64,000 nt of DNA from Flavobacteriales bacterium (GTDB lineage: Bacteria > Bacteroidota > Bacteroidia > Flavobacteriales > BACL11): contig JACNLP010000027.1 in the NCBI GenBank assembly GCA_014381465.1, positions 1,685 through 65,684 of the forward strand, in the 5' to 3' direction. Position numbers and translations under genes: made by a program. This document shows, piece after piece, positions 11,180-19,271 of this stretch. The number at the start of each line of letters is the position of its first letter. The first letter of the stretch is position 1. Below the pieces are notes generated by a model. That model was not told the origin of the DNA. It worked only from the letters and a program-made list of their open reading frames with translations, and searched no databases.

Positions 11180-12340
11180 TTAGTTGCTTATTGGTTTTAC
11201 AATTGTGCCCTCAGAAATATTAACTAGTGGTTCACTTACTATTAATGTGTTGTCTGATAAATTATCAACTATTACATCATCACCTTGGTAGGCGATAATA
11301 TTCACTTCAGTAATTTTTAATTTATTATCATTGTTTACTGTAAAAACTTTATTTTCTTCAAAGATTGCTCTTCTAGGTAATTTACAAACATCATCAGTTC
11401 CATTGGTAGTAATTGTAGCATTTAAGTACATTCCATTAAATAATGAATTTTCATTAATATTTATAGATGTAAATACTGATATATTTTGAGTACTTGGATT
11501 TACAAAGTTTCCTTTTCTGATAACTTTTCCATTATAAGTATTCCCGTTTTCAGAAAAACTTACTTTATCTCCAACATTAATAAATTGAATTTCTGAAGTA
11601 TTTACAGTAAGCTCAATTTCCATTTTCCCTTTACGGATAAAATCAACAACAGGGCTACCTGGATTTACATTTCCGCCAACATCAGAATATGATTTTGTTA
11701 TGATTCCATCAAAAGGAGCAAAAACAGTGTATTTACTTAGCTTTTCTTCATCAGATTTTACAGACAAATACTCAGCCAAAATAGAACGAGAAACAATATA
11801 ATTTTTCTCTTTTGTACTACTCATTTCCGGAAAATCAGGTAAACTTTTATCAATATTAATTGCATTGAAAAAACGCTCCCACTTAGCGTATTCCGTATTA
11901 TAATCAAGTTTAATATCAGCCAAATTTGATGAAACCAAACTCATAAATCTGCTTTTCTTTGCATCAATTAGATGTTTTAAATCTGTGTTTTTAACAGAAA
12001 AAATTACCTCACCTTTTTTAATCTCAGTTCCTTTTTTAAAGGCATTAACTCCAATCAATCTTCCTTGAACTTCTGATGAAATGGTAATATTATTTAAAGA
12101 AACAACTCTACCTGAACTGTTAATTTCATTTTTGATTTGAGAATTTGTAATTTTTGCAACAAGTACCGATTTTACAAGTTGTTCATGCGTTTCTTCTGCC
12201 TTAGCTTTAGATGCTCTAATAGATTCTGCATTATCTGCTCCATAAGACATTCCCATGTTATAGCTTACGGAAGAAACAAAGCCGAATAAGAGTAAGATTA
12301 TTGCACTTGCAATAATGATTAATGTTTTTCTAATGTTCAT
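11180..12340 (-). CDS. RND periplasmic adaptor (membrane fusion protein)
   Basis: N-terminal TM, SEVQG and APFDG motifs, operon position. Confidence 0.85.
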   Translation of the reverse strand: MNIRKTLIIIASAIILLLFGFVSSVSYNMGMSYGADNAESIRASKAKAEETHEQLVKSVLVAKITNSQIKNEINSSGRVVSLNNITISSEVQGRLIGVNAFKKGTEIKKGEVIFSVKNTDLKHLIDAKKSRFMSLVSSNLADIKLDYNTEYAKWERFFNAINIDKSLPDFPEMSSTKEKNYIVSRSILAEYLSVKSDEEKLSKYTVFAPFDGIITKSYSDVGGNVNPGSPVVDFIRKGKMEIELTVNTSEIQFINVGDKVSFSENGNTYNGKVIRKGNFVNPSTQNISVFTSININENSLFNGMYLNATITTNGTDDVCKLPRRAIFEENKVFTVNNDNKLKITEVNIIAYQGDDVIVDNLSDNTLIVSEPLVNISEGTIVKPISN

Positions 12341-12342
12341 GA

Positions 12343-12741
12343 TTATTTAAAATAAGTTGTGTATTCGTTCAAATGTATGTTCAATTGGTTTAAGCCATCT
12401 TTTACCTCTTCAATATCTTTTGAATCTATTTTTTTAAAATAGTCAAGCAATATAGGTTTAATATAATGATGTAATTGGTCGTGCGCATCACCTTCCATAT
12501 TACAAGCCTTAATAATTTTATTAAATTCCCTTTTTAATTCTGAATTTAGATTATGATAATCTTCAATAGAAATTCCATTAAACTTTGAAATGAGAGTTTG
12601 CATTTGGGTTATACCGTTAGTTGTTTCAATATTTGCTTCCCATTTATCTCCATTGTTAAGAGTTAGGTTTTCAATTTCTATTTTATTTTCTGTGCAGGAT
12701 AACAAAAACACACTTAGAAGTATTGCTATAATTTTATTCAT
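12343..12741 (-). CDS. Small lipoprotein with His/Cys-rich motif (possible metal binding)
   Basis: Lipobox LLSC; NNGDKW and CNMEGDAHDQLHHY motifs. Confidence 0.6.
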   Translation of the reverse strand: MNKIIAILLSVFLLSCTENKIEIENLTLNNGDKWEANIETTNGITQMQTLISKFNGISIEDYHNLNSELKREFNKIIKACNMEGDAHDQLHHYIKPILLDYFKKIDSKDIEEVKDGLNQLNIHLNEYTTYFK

Positions 12742-13328
12742 TTGTTGGTTTTTTTAATAATATTTCTAATGTTTTCCATAGTTTCTTTCCATCATCTTTC
12801 AAACCTCCTTTAAAGCCAGAAAGTTTCCAAGTTAAAATTGTACTTCTTATTCCTCCAAGTACAATAATAGCTAATTGTTCTACATCTAAATCATTTCGGA
12901 TACTTCCTTCTTGTTGTCCGCTCTTTATTAGTGTAGTAATTTTTTTTGCCCTTTGTTCTAAAATTTTATTTACTACCCCTGATAAAACAGAGCAATATTG
13001 AAAAGATGTTTCAGAGAAAATAACCATTACTAGTGCCGGATTTTTCTCGATATGTGCAAATTTAAATTTTAAGATGAGTCTGAATTTTTCTAAAGCAGTT
13101 TTGTCGCTACTATGTATATCTGAAAGTTTTTGAATAATCTTTTCTCTGTGAAACAACAATAATGCTTTTAGTATCTCAGTTTTGTCTTTAAAATGACGAT
13201 AAAAGAGCAGGTTCAGAAAAAGACATTTTATTTGCTAGATTCTTTATAGTAAGGTTTTGTACGCCCTTTTCACCAATCAAATCTTTTGAAGCATCAATAA
13301 TTTCTATTTGTCTTTTTGTGAAATTCAT
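12734..13328 (-). pseudogene. TetR/AcrR-family regulator with +1 frameshift in the HTH
   Basis: ATG 13328 gives MNFTKRQIEIIDASKDLIGEKGVQNLTIKNLANKMSFSEPAL; one extra base in the A-run 13201-13204, then YRHFKDKTEIL continues into the 12734..13159 ORF. Confidence 0.8.
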
Positions 13329-13529
13329 GCGGCAAAGATATAAAAGTTAGTAAATACTAACTAACTTTTTGATTTTTATTTATAAGCTTGTTAAATATGA
13401 ATCATACCCTGAAAAATAAAAGCTTACATTATCAATTGAATCTGCCTCTAATACTGCTTTTTATTTAATGTAACTATCTTCTACAGTGGTATTATAATAA
13501 AAAGCATGGCTCAAGTCAACCCTCTTAAG

Positions 13530-14057
13530 TTATCTTTTGGAAAGGATAAATTTTACTCTTTCTTTAATATTTGATTTTGGGATTTCTATTAAATTATAAT
13601 CAAACTCTTTATAAGCAGTAATTAGTTCTTTCTCAATTAGCTTTGCCTGAAAAATATCTTCTTTCCTTTCTTTATCTTTTATGTAAATTTCTTCCCAAAT
13701 TGGGGTGTAAAAAACCGATTTTGAATATTTCATTTCTTTACATTTTTTTATCAAATAATTATCTATTTCTAGATTATCTATACGCATATATGCAATTACA
13801 TCTACAATTCCTCTATCAAAAAAATGAATTTTATTGTTTGGTGCATTGTCAAACTGAACTTTTCTTAAAGCTGCAACTCTTTCAGAAAAAGCTTGAAGAT
13901 TTTTCCATGGTAGAATATCACCTCCACTTGCTAATTGTTCTGCAATTATTTCCCTTGAAATTTCTTTACTGCAACTATATCCAAGTTTTTTTAAACAATC
14001 AATAATAGCTGTTTTTCCAGTTCCTGGAGCACCTGTTATTACGATTTTCTTTTCCAT
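13530..14057 (-). CDS. AAA_28-family P-loop ATPase
   Basis: VITGAPGTGKT Walker A, FFDRG motif. Confidence 0.8.
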   Translation of the reverse strand: MEKKIVITGAPGTGKTAIIDCLKKLGYSCSKEISREIIAEQLASGGDILPWKNLQAFSERVAALRKVQFDNAPNNKIHFFDRGIVDVIAYMRIDNLEIDNYLIKKCKEMKYSKSVFYTPIWEEIYIKDKERKEDIFQAKLIEKELITAYKEFDYNLIEIPKSNIKERVKFILSKR

Positions 14058-14759
14058 TTAAAAACTTAAAACAGCTAATAATACACCAACTATTATAGTA
14101 ATTATTTTAGTAAAACTGAATCTGTGCCCCTCAGTACTTTCAAATAAAATAGTAGTAGAAATATGTAAGAAAACACCAATTACAATTGCCATAATCTCAT
14201 TGTGATAATCAGCAAGAGTTGTAAATAAACTTCCTGCAAAAACTCCTAAAGGCGCCATAAGTGCAAATAAAAAGAGTAATAAATATGCTTTCGATTTCTT
14301 CATGTTTGATTGTAAAAAGAAAGTCATCAGTACGATAGCAACTGGCATTTTGTGTAGCACAATTCCTGTAAGTAAGGCGTTATGTGTATGATTGTGCAAA
14401 TGCCCTCCAAGGGGAACACCTTCTAGTAAAGCATGTAAACAAAGGCTAGTTAAAACTGAGAATGGAATTACATTACTCTTGTGGAAATGACCGTGTTCTA
14501 TCCCCTGAGAAAAGTATTCTAAAAGAATTTGGATTAAGAAACCTCCAAGTATATATAGCCCAATATTTTCAGTAGTATCGTGCTTAAATAATTCAGGTAG
14601 TAAATGAAGTAAACTTACAGCAAGAAGATATGCGCCACTAAAAGTTAAAAGCAATTGAATATTCTTGCTTTTTTTGATGTTGAAAATTTCAACAATTATT
14701 GCTCCGGCAATTACTGAGCTAAATAATAATATGATTGTTAAAGCATTCACTTTTTGCAA
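14058..14759 (-). CDS. ZIP-family metal transporter
   Basis: LHLLPE, HGHFH loop, LHALLEG, LHKMP motifs. Confidence 0.85.
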   Translation of the reverse strand: MQKVNALTIILLFSSVIAGAIIVEIFNIKKSKNIQLLLTFSGAYLLAVSLLHLLPELFKHDTTENIGLYILGGFLIQILLEYFSQGIEHGHFHKSNVIPFSVLTSLCLHALLEGVPLGGHLHNHTHNALLTGIVLHKMPVAIVLMTFFLQSNMKKSKAYLLLFLFALMAPLGVFAGSLFTTLADYHNEIMAIVIGVFLHISTTILFESTEGHRFSFTKIITIIVGVLLAVLSF

Positions 14760-15469
14760 ATTAAGATTAATCTATCAGAAGAAGTAGCGTTAAAATCTTC
14801 CAATTTATAGTTGCCAAAGATATCAATAATTCTTAGCCCTGCATTACTTATAAATGTAGAAAAATCAGCCAAAGTGATTGTCTTTACTTTTTCTTGAAAA
14901 TGTTGTTTTTCAGTTCCGTTAATAATTTCAATATCTTTAATAATATGTCCGTTCTCTACTTTCCTTGTAATCTTAAATAGTATATCATCAATACTCTTTT
15001 GTTCTTCTAGTACTAAATTAGTAATTACCTTTTTCACATTCATAAAATCAATAATCAAAATTCCTTCTAATTTTAAATTACTAGCCATAGCATTTATGGC
15101 TTTTTGTTCATCTTTAGTATCCTCAAAATAACCAAAAGAGGTAAATAAATTAGTAACAACATCAAAGTTGTTTTTTTGATATACCTCACGCATATCGTGT
15201 ACTGCAAAATTCAGAGTTGTATTTTTATCTTTTTTGGCAGCACTTATACTGTTAGGCGATAAATCAACCCCAACAACATCCATTCCTTTTTGATTAAAGT
15301 ATTTTGCATGCCTTCCTTTTCCACAGGCAATATCAATGAGTTTACTCCCCTTTTTAATCTGTAAGTGAGCAACTAAATTGTCAATAAATGCTTGCGCTTC
15401 TTTTTCATCTCTATTTTTATAGAGGGTATGGTAGTAGAGGGAATCAAACCAGCTTGTAAACCAACTCAT
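14747..15469 (-). CDS. Class I SAM-dependent methyltransferase
   Basis: DIACGKGRH, GVDLS, FTSFGYF motifs. Confidence 0.85.
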   Translation of the reverse strand: MSWFTSWFDSLYYHTLYKNRDEKEAQAFIDNLVAHLQIKKGSKLIDIACGKGRHAKYFNQKGMDVVGVDLSPNSISAAKKDKNTTLNFAVHDMREVYQKNNFDVVTNLFTSFGYFEDTKDEQKAINAMASNLKLEGILIIDFMNVKKVITNLVLEEQKSIDDILFKITRKVENGHIIKDIEIINGTEKQHFQEKVKTITLADFSTFISNAGLRIIDIFGNYKLEDFNATSSDRLILICKK

Positions 15470-15810
15470 AATTGTTCTCTTAATTTTTTAGGCATATTTT
15501 TTACCACCAATTTGTAAGAATCGGCAATCCACTCTTCAATTTGTTTGTCGCTTAAATCCCCAGTAAAACTTACGGAATTCCAATGTTTTTTGTTCATGTG
15601 CCAAGCAGGAGTTACTTCCGTGTGTTCTTCTCTTAAATTTATTGCTTTTTCAGGATCACATTTTAAGTTGCAAAACTCAAACGACATCATATTACAAAGT
15701 GCAAACATTTTACCGACCACTTTAAATACTAAGGTGTCTTCATCAAAAGGCAATTCTTCTGTTGTTCCTTTGAATGATAAGCAATATTTTCTGAAATGGT
15801 CAAGGGTCAT
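15466..15810 (-). CDS. MmcQ/YjbR-family DNA-binding protein
   Basis: PFD..TLVFKV.GKMFA, NLKCDP, WHMNKKHW motifs. Confidence 0.88.
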   Translation of the reverse strand: MTLDHFRKYCLSFKGTTEELPFDEDTLVFKVVGKMFALCNMMSFEFCNLKCDPEKAINLREEHTEVTPAWHMNKKHWNSVSFTGDLSDKQIEEWIADSYKLVVKNMPKKLREQL

Positions 15811-15902
15811 AAGGGCAAATATAAGGTCTTTATGTAATTAATTAGAAACTATTTTGATAGATTTTTATAAGAACCACACGATACAATCGTGCGGGAGCTA
15901 GG
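15753..15902. repeat. 150-bp direct repeat copy 1 (mmcQ 5' end + promoter + REP hairpin)
   Basis: Aligns to 16723-16872 at offset 970; 2 mismatches in the 122 bp nearest the REP, 6 in the distal 28 bp. Confidence 0.92.
15874..15902 (+). repeat. REP-like hairpin R1
   Basis: CCACACGATACAATCGTGCGGGAGCTAGG; stem CACGAT/ATCGTG. Confidence 0.88.
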
Positions 15903-16030
15903 TCATAGTTGCAAATGTAGTTAAATCAATTTTTTTGGTTATATTTAAAATATTCTTTGTACTTTGAAACGCAAAATTTTAACATCTTAACCAAGCAAAT
16001 AGGGTAAAAATTTTAAATAATAATGAGTTT

Positions 16031-16684
16031 ATGACGATAATCAAGAAAATGAGAAGCAACTGTCCAAGTTGTGGTAAAGTTGTAGAAAAATCAGGTTTTA
16101 TGAGTTTTAACTATTCAAATACGAACTTATATTCTGATGGAAATAAGCAGGGAGGAGAGGATTTAGATTTTGCATCACCCATAGTTAGTTGTTTCAATTG
16201 TAAAGAGTATTTTTTTGAGGGAGATATATTTTCTGTATGGTTTAATTCTGTTGATGAATCAGATGAAGAAATAAATGAGTCTGAAGTAGGCTCTATGTAT
16301 GCTGCAAGGGTTACAGATATTTATAAGTTGCTAGAGAGTAAAAATTCAAAATTTATTAAAGATGCTTTTAATTTGTATAAATATATTATTCAATGCTTAA
16401 ATCAAGTATTTTTGAGTAATGGCAAACTATATAACTACCAGAAAGAGATTTATTATAATTCTATTGATAGAACTATTGAGATTTTAGAAAGTAAAGAAGT
16501 AGTTGGTAAAAGTGAAAGCTCTAAAATTCTTTTTCTTGCAGAACTTTATAGATACCAAGAGGAGTATGAGAAAAGTTTAGAAATATTAAATACTATTAAC
16601 AATAGAGAGTATAGAAATTTTGTAACTCAACTTAAAGAAGCGTGTAAACAGAAAATTAAGAATTGTATAATTATTAACAAATAA
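16031..16684 (+). CDS. Hypothetical cargo protein: two CxxC motifs plus C-terminal TPR-like helices
   Basis: CPSC and CFNC; LAELYRY...EKSLEIL helix; lies between the two 150-bp repeats. Confidence 0.65.
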   Translation: MTIIKKMRSNCPSCGKVVEKSGFMSFNYSNTNLYSDGNKQGGEDLDFASPIVSCFNCKEYFFEGDIFSVWFNSVDESDEEINESEVGSMYAARVTDIYKLLESKNSKFIKDAFNLYKYIIQCLNQVFLSNGKLYNYQKEIYYNSIDRTIEILESKEVVGKSESSKILFLAELYRYQEEYEKSLEILNTINNREYRNFVTQLKEACKQKIKNCIIINK

Positions 16685-16720
16685 AAATTAATTTAAACTT
16701 AAACCCTTTAAGGGCTAGTC

Positions 16721-16780
16721 TTATTCCTCAGTTGTTCCTTTAAGTGAAAGGCAATATTCTCTGAAATGGTCAAGGGTCAT
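16721..16780 (-). pseudogene. Truncated diverged relic of mmcQ/yjbR 5' end (MTLDHFREYCLSLKGTTEE*)
   Basis: 17/19 aa identical to the N-terminus of 15466..15810, with synonymous changes; stop at 16721-16723. Confidence 0.85.
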
Positions 16781-16872
16781 AAGGGCAAATATAAGTTCTT
16801 TATGTAATTAATTAGAAACTATTTTGATAGATTTTTATAAGAACCACACGATACAATCGTGCGGGAGCTAGG
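16723..16872. repeat. 150-bp direct repeat copy 2 including REP hairpin R2 (16844-16872)
   Basis: See copy 1; identity ends exactly after GGGAGCTAGG. Confidence 0.92.
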
Positions 16873-16913
16873 ATTTAATTTTCAATAATAATTAAACAAT
16901 AAAATATAAAAAG

Positions 16914-17662
16914 ATGAATTTTAGATTAACAAATAAACAGAAGCGAGTATTTATGATATTCATTAGTATTAATTTCATTATACTAATAATAAACCTATTT
17001 AGCCTTAGCCCTTCATTTAAGTTTACAAAAATTGACAAAGAAGAAAAAGCTAAATATGATCAATTGATGATTGAAAAAAAACTTGCTTTAATAGAAAAAG
17101 ATAAATTAACTAGTAAATATAAAGAATTTAATTCAGATTTTTATTTAATCGAAAAGGAAGGAATATGTAAAACCTTAATGCCAAATTTCAAGTCAAAATC
17201 AGGTGGTTTTGATTTTACAGAAGTTGATAAGTGGCAACATAAGCAGACTGGAAAATGTGAATATTGTTATGATATTTCAGACTCTCTAAAAAAAGTTTAT
17301 GATAGATTTATTGAGTTAGAAGATTTAATTGAAAGACAAGAATGGAAAATTGAAAGAATAGATTTAGAAAAGATTTATAAATGTTATATTTTAACGGATA
17401 TATATGTAGGAGATCAATCTACTAATGATTGGAATTCTAGAGGAAGAAGGAAATTTAATAATATTGATTATTTCATAGAAATAAAACCTAATCAATTTTA
17501 TCCTTTTGTTAATTTTGTAAGAGAAGGTAACCTTTTGGGTCGATAAATGAACGGTCTCAAAATGTAATAATAAGAGGTCTATTCCCTGATTATGATTATA
17601 CAGAGTTTATTGTGTACAGTTTATTGTTGCTAGGTATATTTTGGTTCAAGAATAATTGGTAA
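16914..17662 (+). pseudogene. Hypothetical membrane protein (cargo ORF B), apparently frameshifted near 17531-17543
   Basis: N-terminal TM and coiled coil to 17546; another frame is open 17531-17662 and encodes ...RGLFPDYDYTEFIVYSLLLLGIFWFKNNW* (C-terminal TM). Confidence 0.6.
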
Positions 17663-17664
17663 CT

Positions 17665-17806
17665 ACCCAGCTCCCGCACGATTTTATCGTGTGGTTTTGT
17701 AGTTTATCTAATAATAATAACATCATTTAATATTCACCCAGCTCCCGCACGATTTTATCGTGTGGTTTTGTAGTTTATCTAACAATAATAACATTATTTA
17801 ATATTC
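17665..17806 (-). repeat. Tandem 2 x 71-bp repeat (RAYT 3' end + REP hairpins R3 17666-17694 and R4 17737-17765)
   Basis: Units 17665-17735 and 17736-17806 differ at 2 positions; hairpin on minus strand reads CCACACGATAAAATCGTGCGGGAGCTGGG. Confidence 0.92.
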
Positions 17807-18329
17807 CTTTTCTACCGCTATAATCTCCTGCACTACTATATACATAGTCTTCTGCTCTAAAAACAAAACCCGCTTCAACTGGGTTATTATGAATGTAATT
17901 AATTTTTTCATCAATCACTTTATTACTCCATAATTCAATTGGTTTATTATCATGCCTCCAAAATTGATATTTTTTTACATTGGAACTTTCTTTTCCAGCT
18001 TTTAAGAACTCAGATAATAACCATTTTTTTCTGCTTTCTTGTGGGTTTTCTTCAATTGCTTTTACGATTGCTTTACTAGTAAACCTTTTCATATCACCAA
18101 TAAGAAGCTCTGGTTTATAAGAATTAACGCTTCTAAAAATAAGATGAATATGATTTGTCATAATACACCAAGCAAAGATCTCCATTCCTTTTTCTTTTTG
18201 ACAATAATGTAAACTTTCAATAATGATATTTTTGTATTTATTTCTTGTAAAAACATCAAGCCAATTAACAACTGCAAAGCTTATAAAATAAGTTCCTTCT
18301 GGATTATGAAATTTGTAATTGCGGCTCAT
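17775..18329 (-). mobile_element. REP-associated tyrosine transposase (RAYT/TnpA-REP, HUH Y1 family), REPtron
   Basis: 184 aa; YFISF, HUH motif MTNHIHLI, QFWRH, catalytic YIHNNPV, YSSA; flanked on both sides by oppositely oriented hairpins. Confidence 0.9.
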
Positions 18330-18345
18330 TTTTAACTATTTAACT

Positions 18346-18523
18346 TTTTATTGTTCCCACACGATACAATCGTTCGGAAGCATTTTAATAAATGCTAATA
18401 CTACCTTTTATTGTTCCCACACGATACAATCGTTCGGAAGCATCTTATAAATGCTTATACTACCTTTTATTGTTCCCACAGGATACAATCGTGCGGAAGC
18501 ATCTTATAAATGCTAATACTACC
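18346..18523 (+). repeat. Tandem 3 x 59-60-bp repeat containing REP hairpins R5-R7 (18357-18381, 18417-18441, 18476-18500) plus a second AGCAT/ATGCT hairpin
   Basis: Units 18346-18405, 18406-18464 and 18465-18523 are nearly identical. Confidence 0.92.
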
Positions 18524-19271
18524 CTCTCTGCCTTAAGGCTTCATATAAAATAACACCAGTAGCAACCGATACATTTAAGGAAGCAATTTTTCCAGCCATA
18601 GGGATTTTTGCTCTCGCATCACACATTTTTAAAAACTCAGGAGATACTCCATCTTCCTCCGACCCCATAATAATTGCAGTAGGTGGGATGTAGTCCGGCT
18701 TATACATATTGTCCTGTGTTTTTTCAGTACAGCCAACCAATTGTATTCCGCTATCTTTCATGAATTGCAAAGCCAATTTCAAATTCCAAGTACGGCAAAC
18801 TGTAATTTTATGCAAGGCTCCAGCTGAGGTTTTTATCGCATCAGCATTAATGGCAGCCGCATTTTGTTCAGGAATTATAATTGCATCTACTCCGGCACAT
18901 TCGGCAGTACGAGCAATCGCCCCAAAGTTTCTTACATCTGTAATTCTATCTAAAACTAAAACAAGAGGATTTTTCCCTTGTTCGTATAAATTTGGGACTA
19001 CATCCTCAATATTATGAAAGTCGATAGGGGAGATGAAAGCAAAAACTCCTTGGTGATTTTTTCTTGTCAAACGATTGATTTTCTCTAGAGGAACATGCTT
19101 GTAATTTATTCTTTTTTCACGGACTAATTTCCAGAGTTCAGCAAATAAATCATTGTGCAATCCTTTTTGGATAAATAGTTTGTCAATTGTTTTTCCGGCT
19201 TCTACTGCTTCAATTATTGGCCTAATACCAAAAATAAAGTTGGCTTTGTCTTTGTCGTCTTTCCTGTTCAT
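18519..19271 (-). CDS. rlmB: 23S rRNA (G2251-2'-O)-methyltransferase RlmB (TrmH/SpoU)
   Basis: NHQG, DRITDVRNFGAIAR, MGSEEDG, SLNVSVA motifs. Confidence 0.92.
   Translation of the reverse strand: MNRKDDKDKANFIFGIRPIIEAVEAGKTIDKLFIQKGLHNDLFAELWKLVREKRINYKHVPLEKINRLTRKNHQGVFAFISPIDFHNIEDVVPNLYEQGKNPLVLVLDRITDVRNFGAIARTAECAGVDAIIIPEQNAAAINADAIKTSAGALHKITVCRTWNLKLALQFMKDSGIQLVGCTEKTQDNMYKPDYIPPTAIIMGSEEDGVSPEFLKMCDARAKIPMAGKIASLNVSVATGVILYEALRQRG

Noticed and set aside
13384-13529. Possible gene remnant between the ATPase and TetR
   Set aside because: Only short broken frames with no recognisable motif; cannot be supported without a search
15874-17765. Classical integron attC sites
   Set aside because: No tyrosine-recombinase integrase and no RYYYAAC/GTTRRRY core sites; hairpins are too short and occur in both orientations
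17775-18329. Ordinary IS200/IS605 insertion sequence
   Set aside because: No tnpB, longer than typical IS200 TnpA, has RAYT-type QFW and NPV..G..YSSA motifs and multiple REP copies on both sides
18346-18523. Possible CRISPR array (three ~25-bp palindromic repeats at ~60-bp spacing)
   Set aside because: The intervening sequences are near-identical rather than unique spacers, no cas gene is in the window, and the repeat is the RAYT-flanking hairpin
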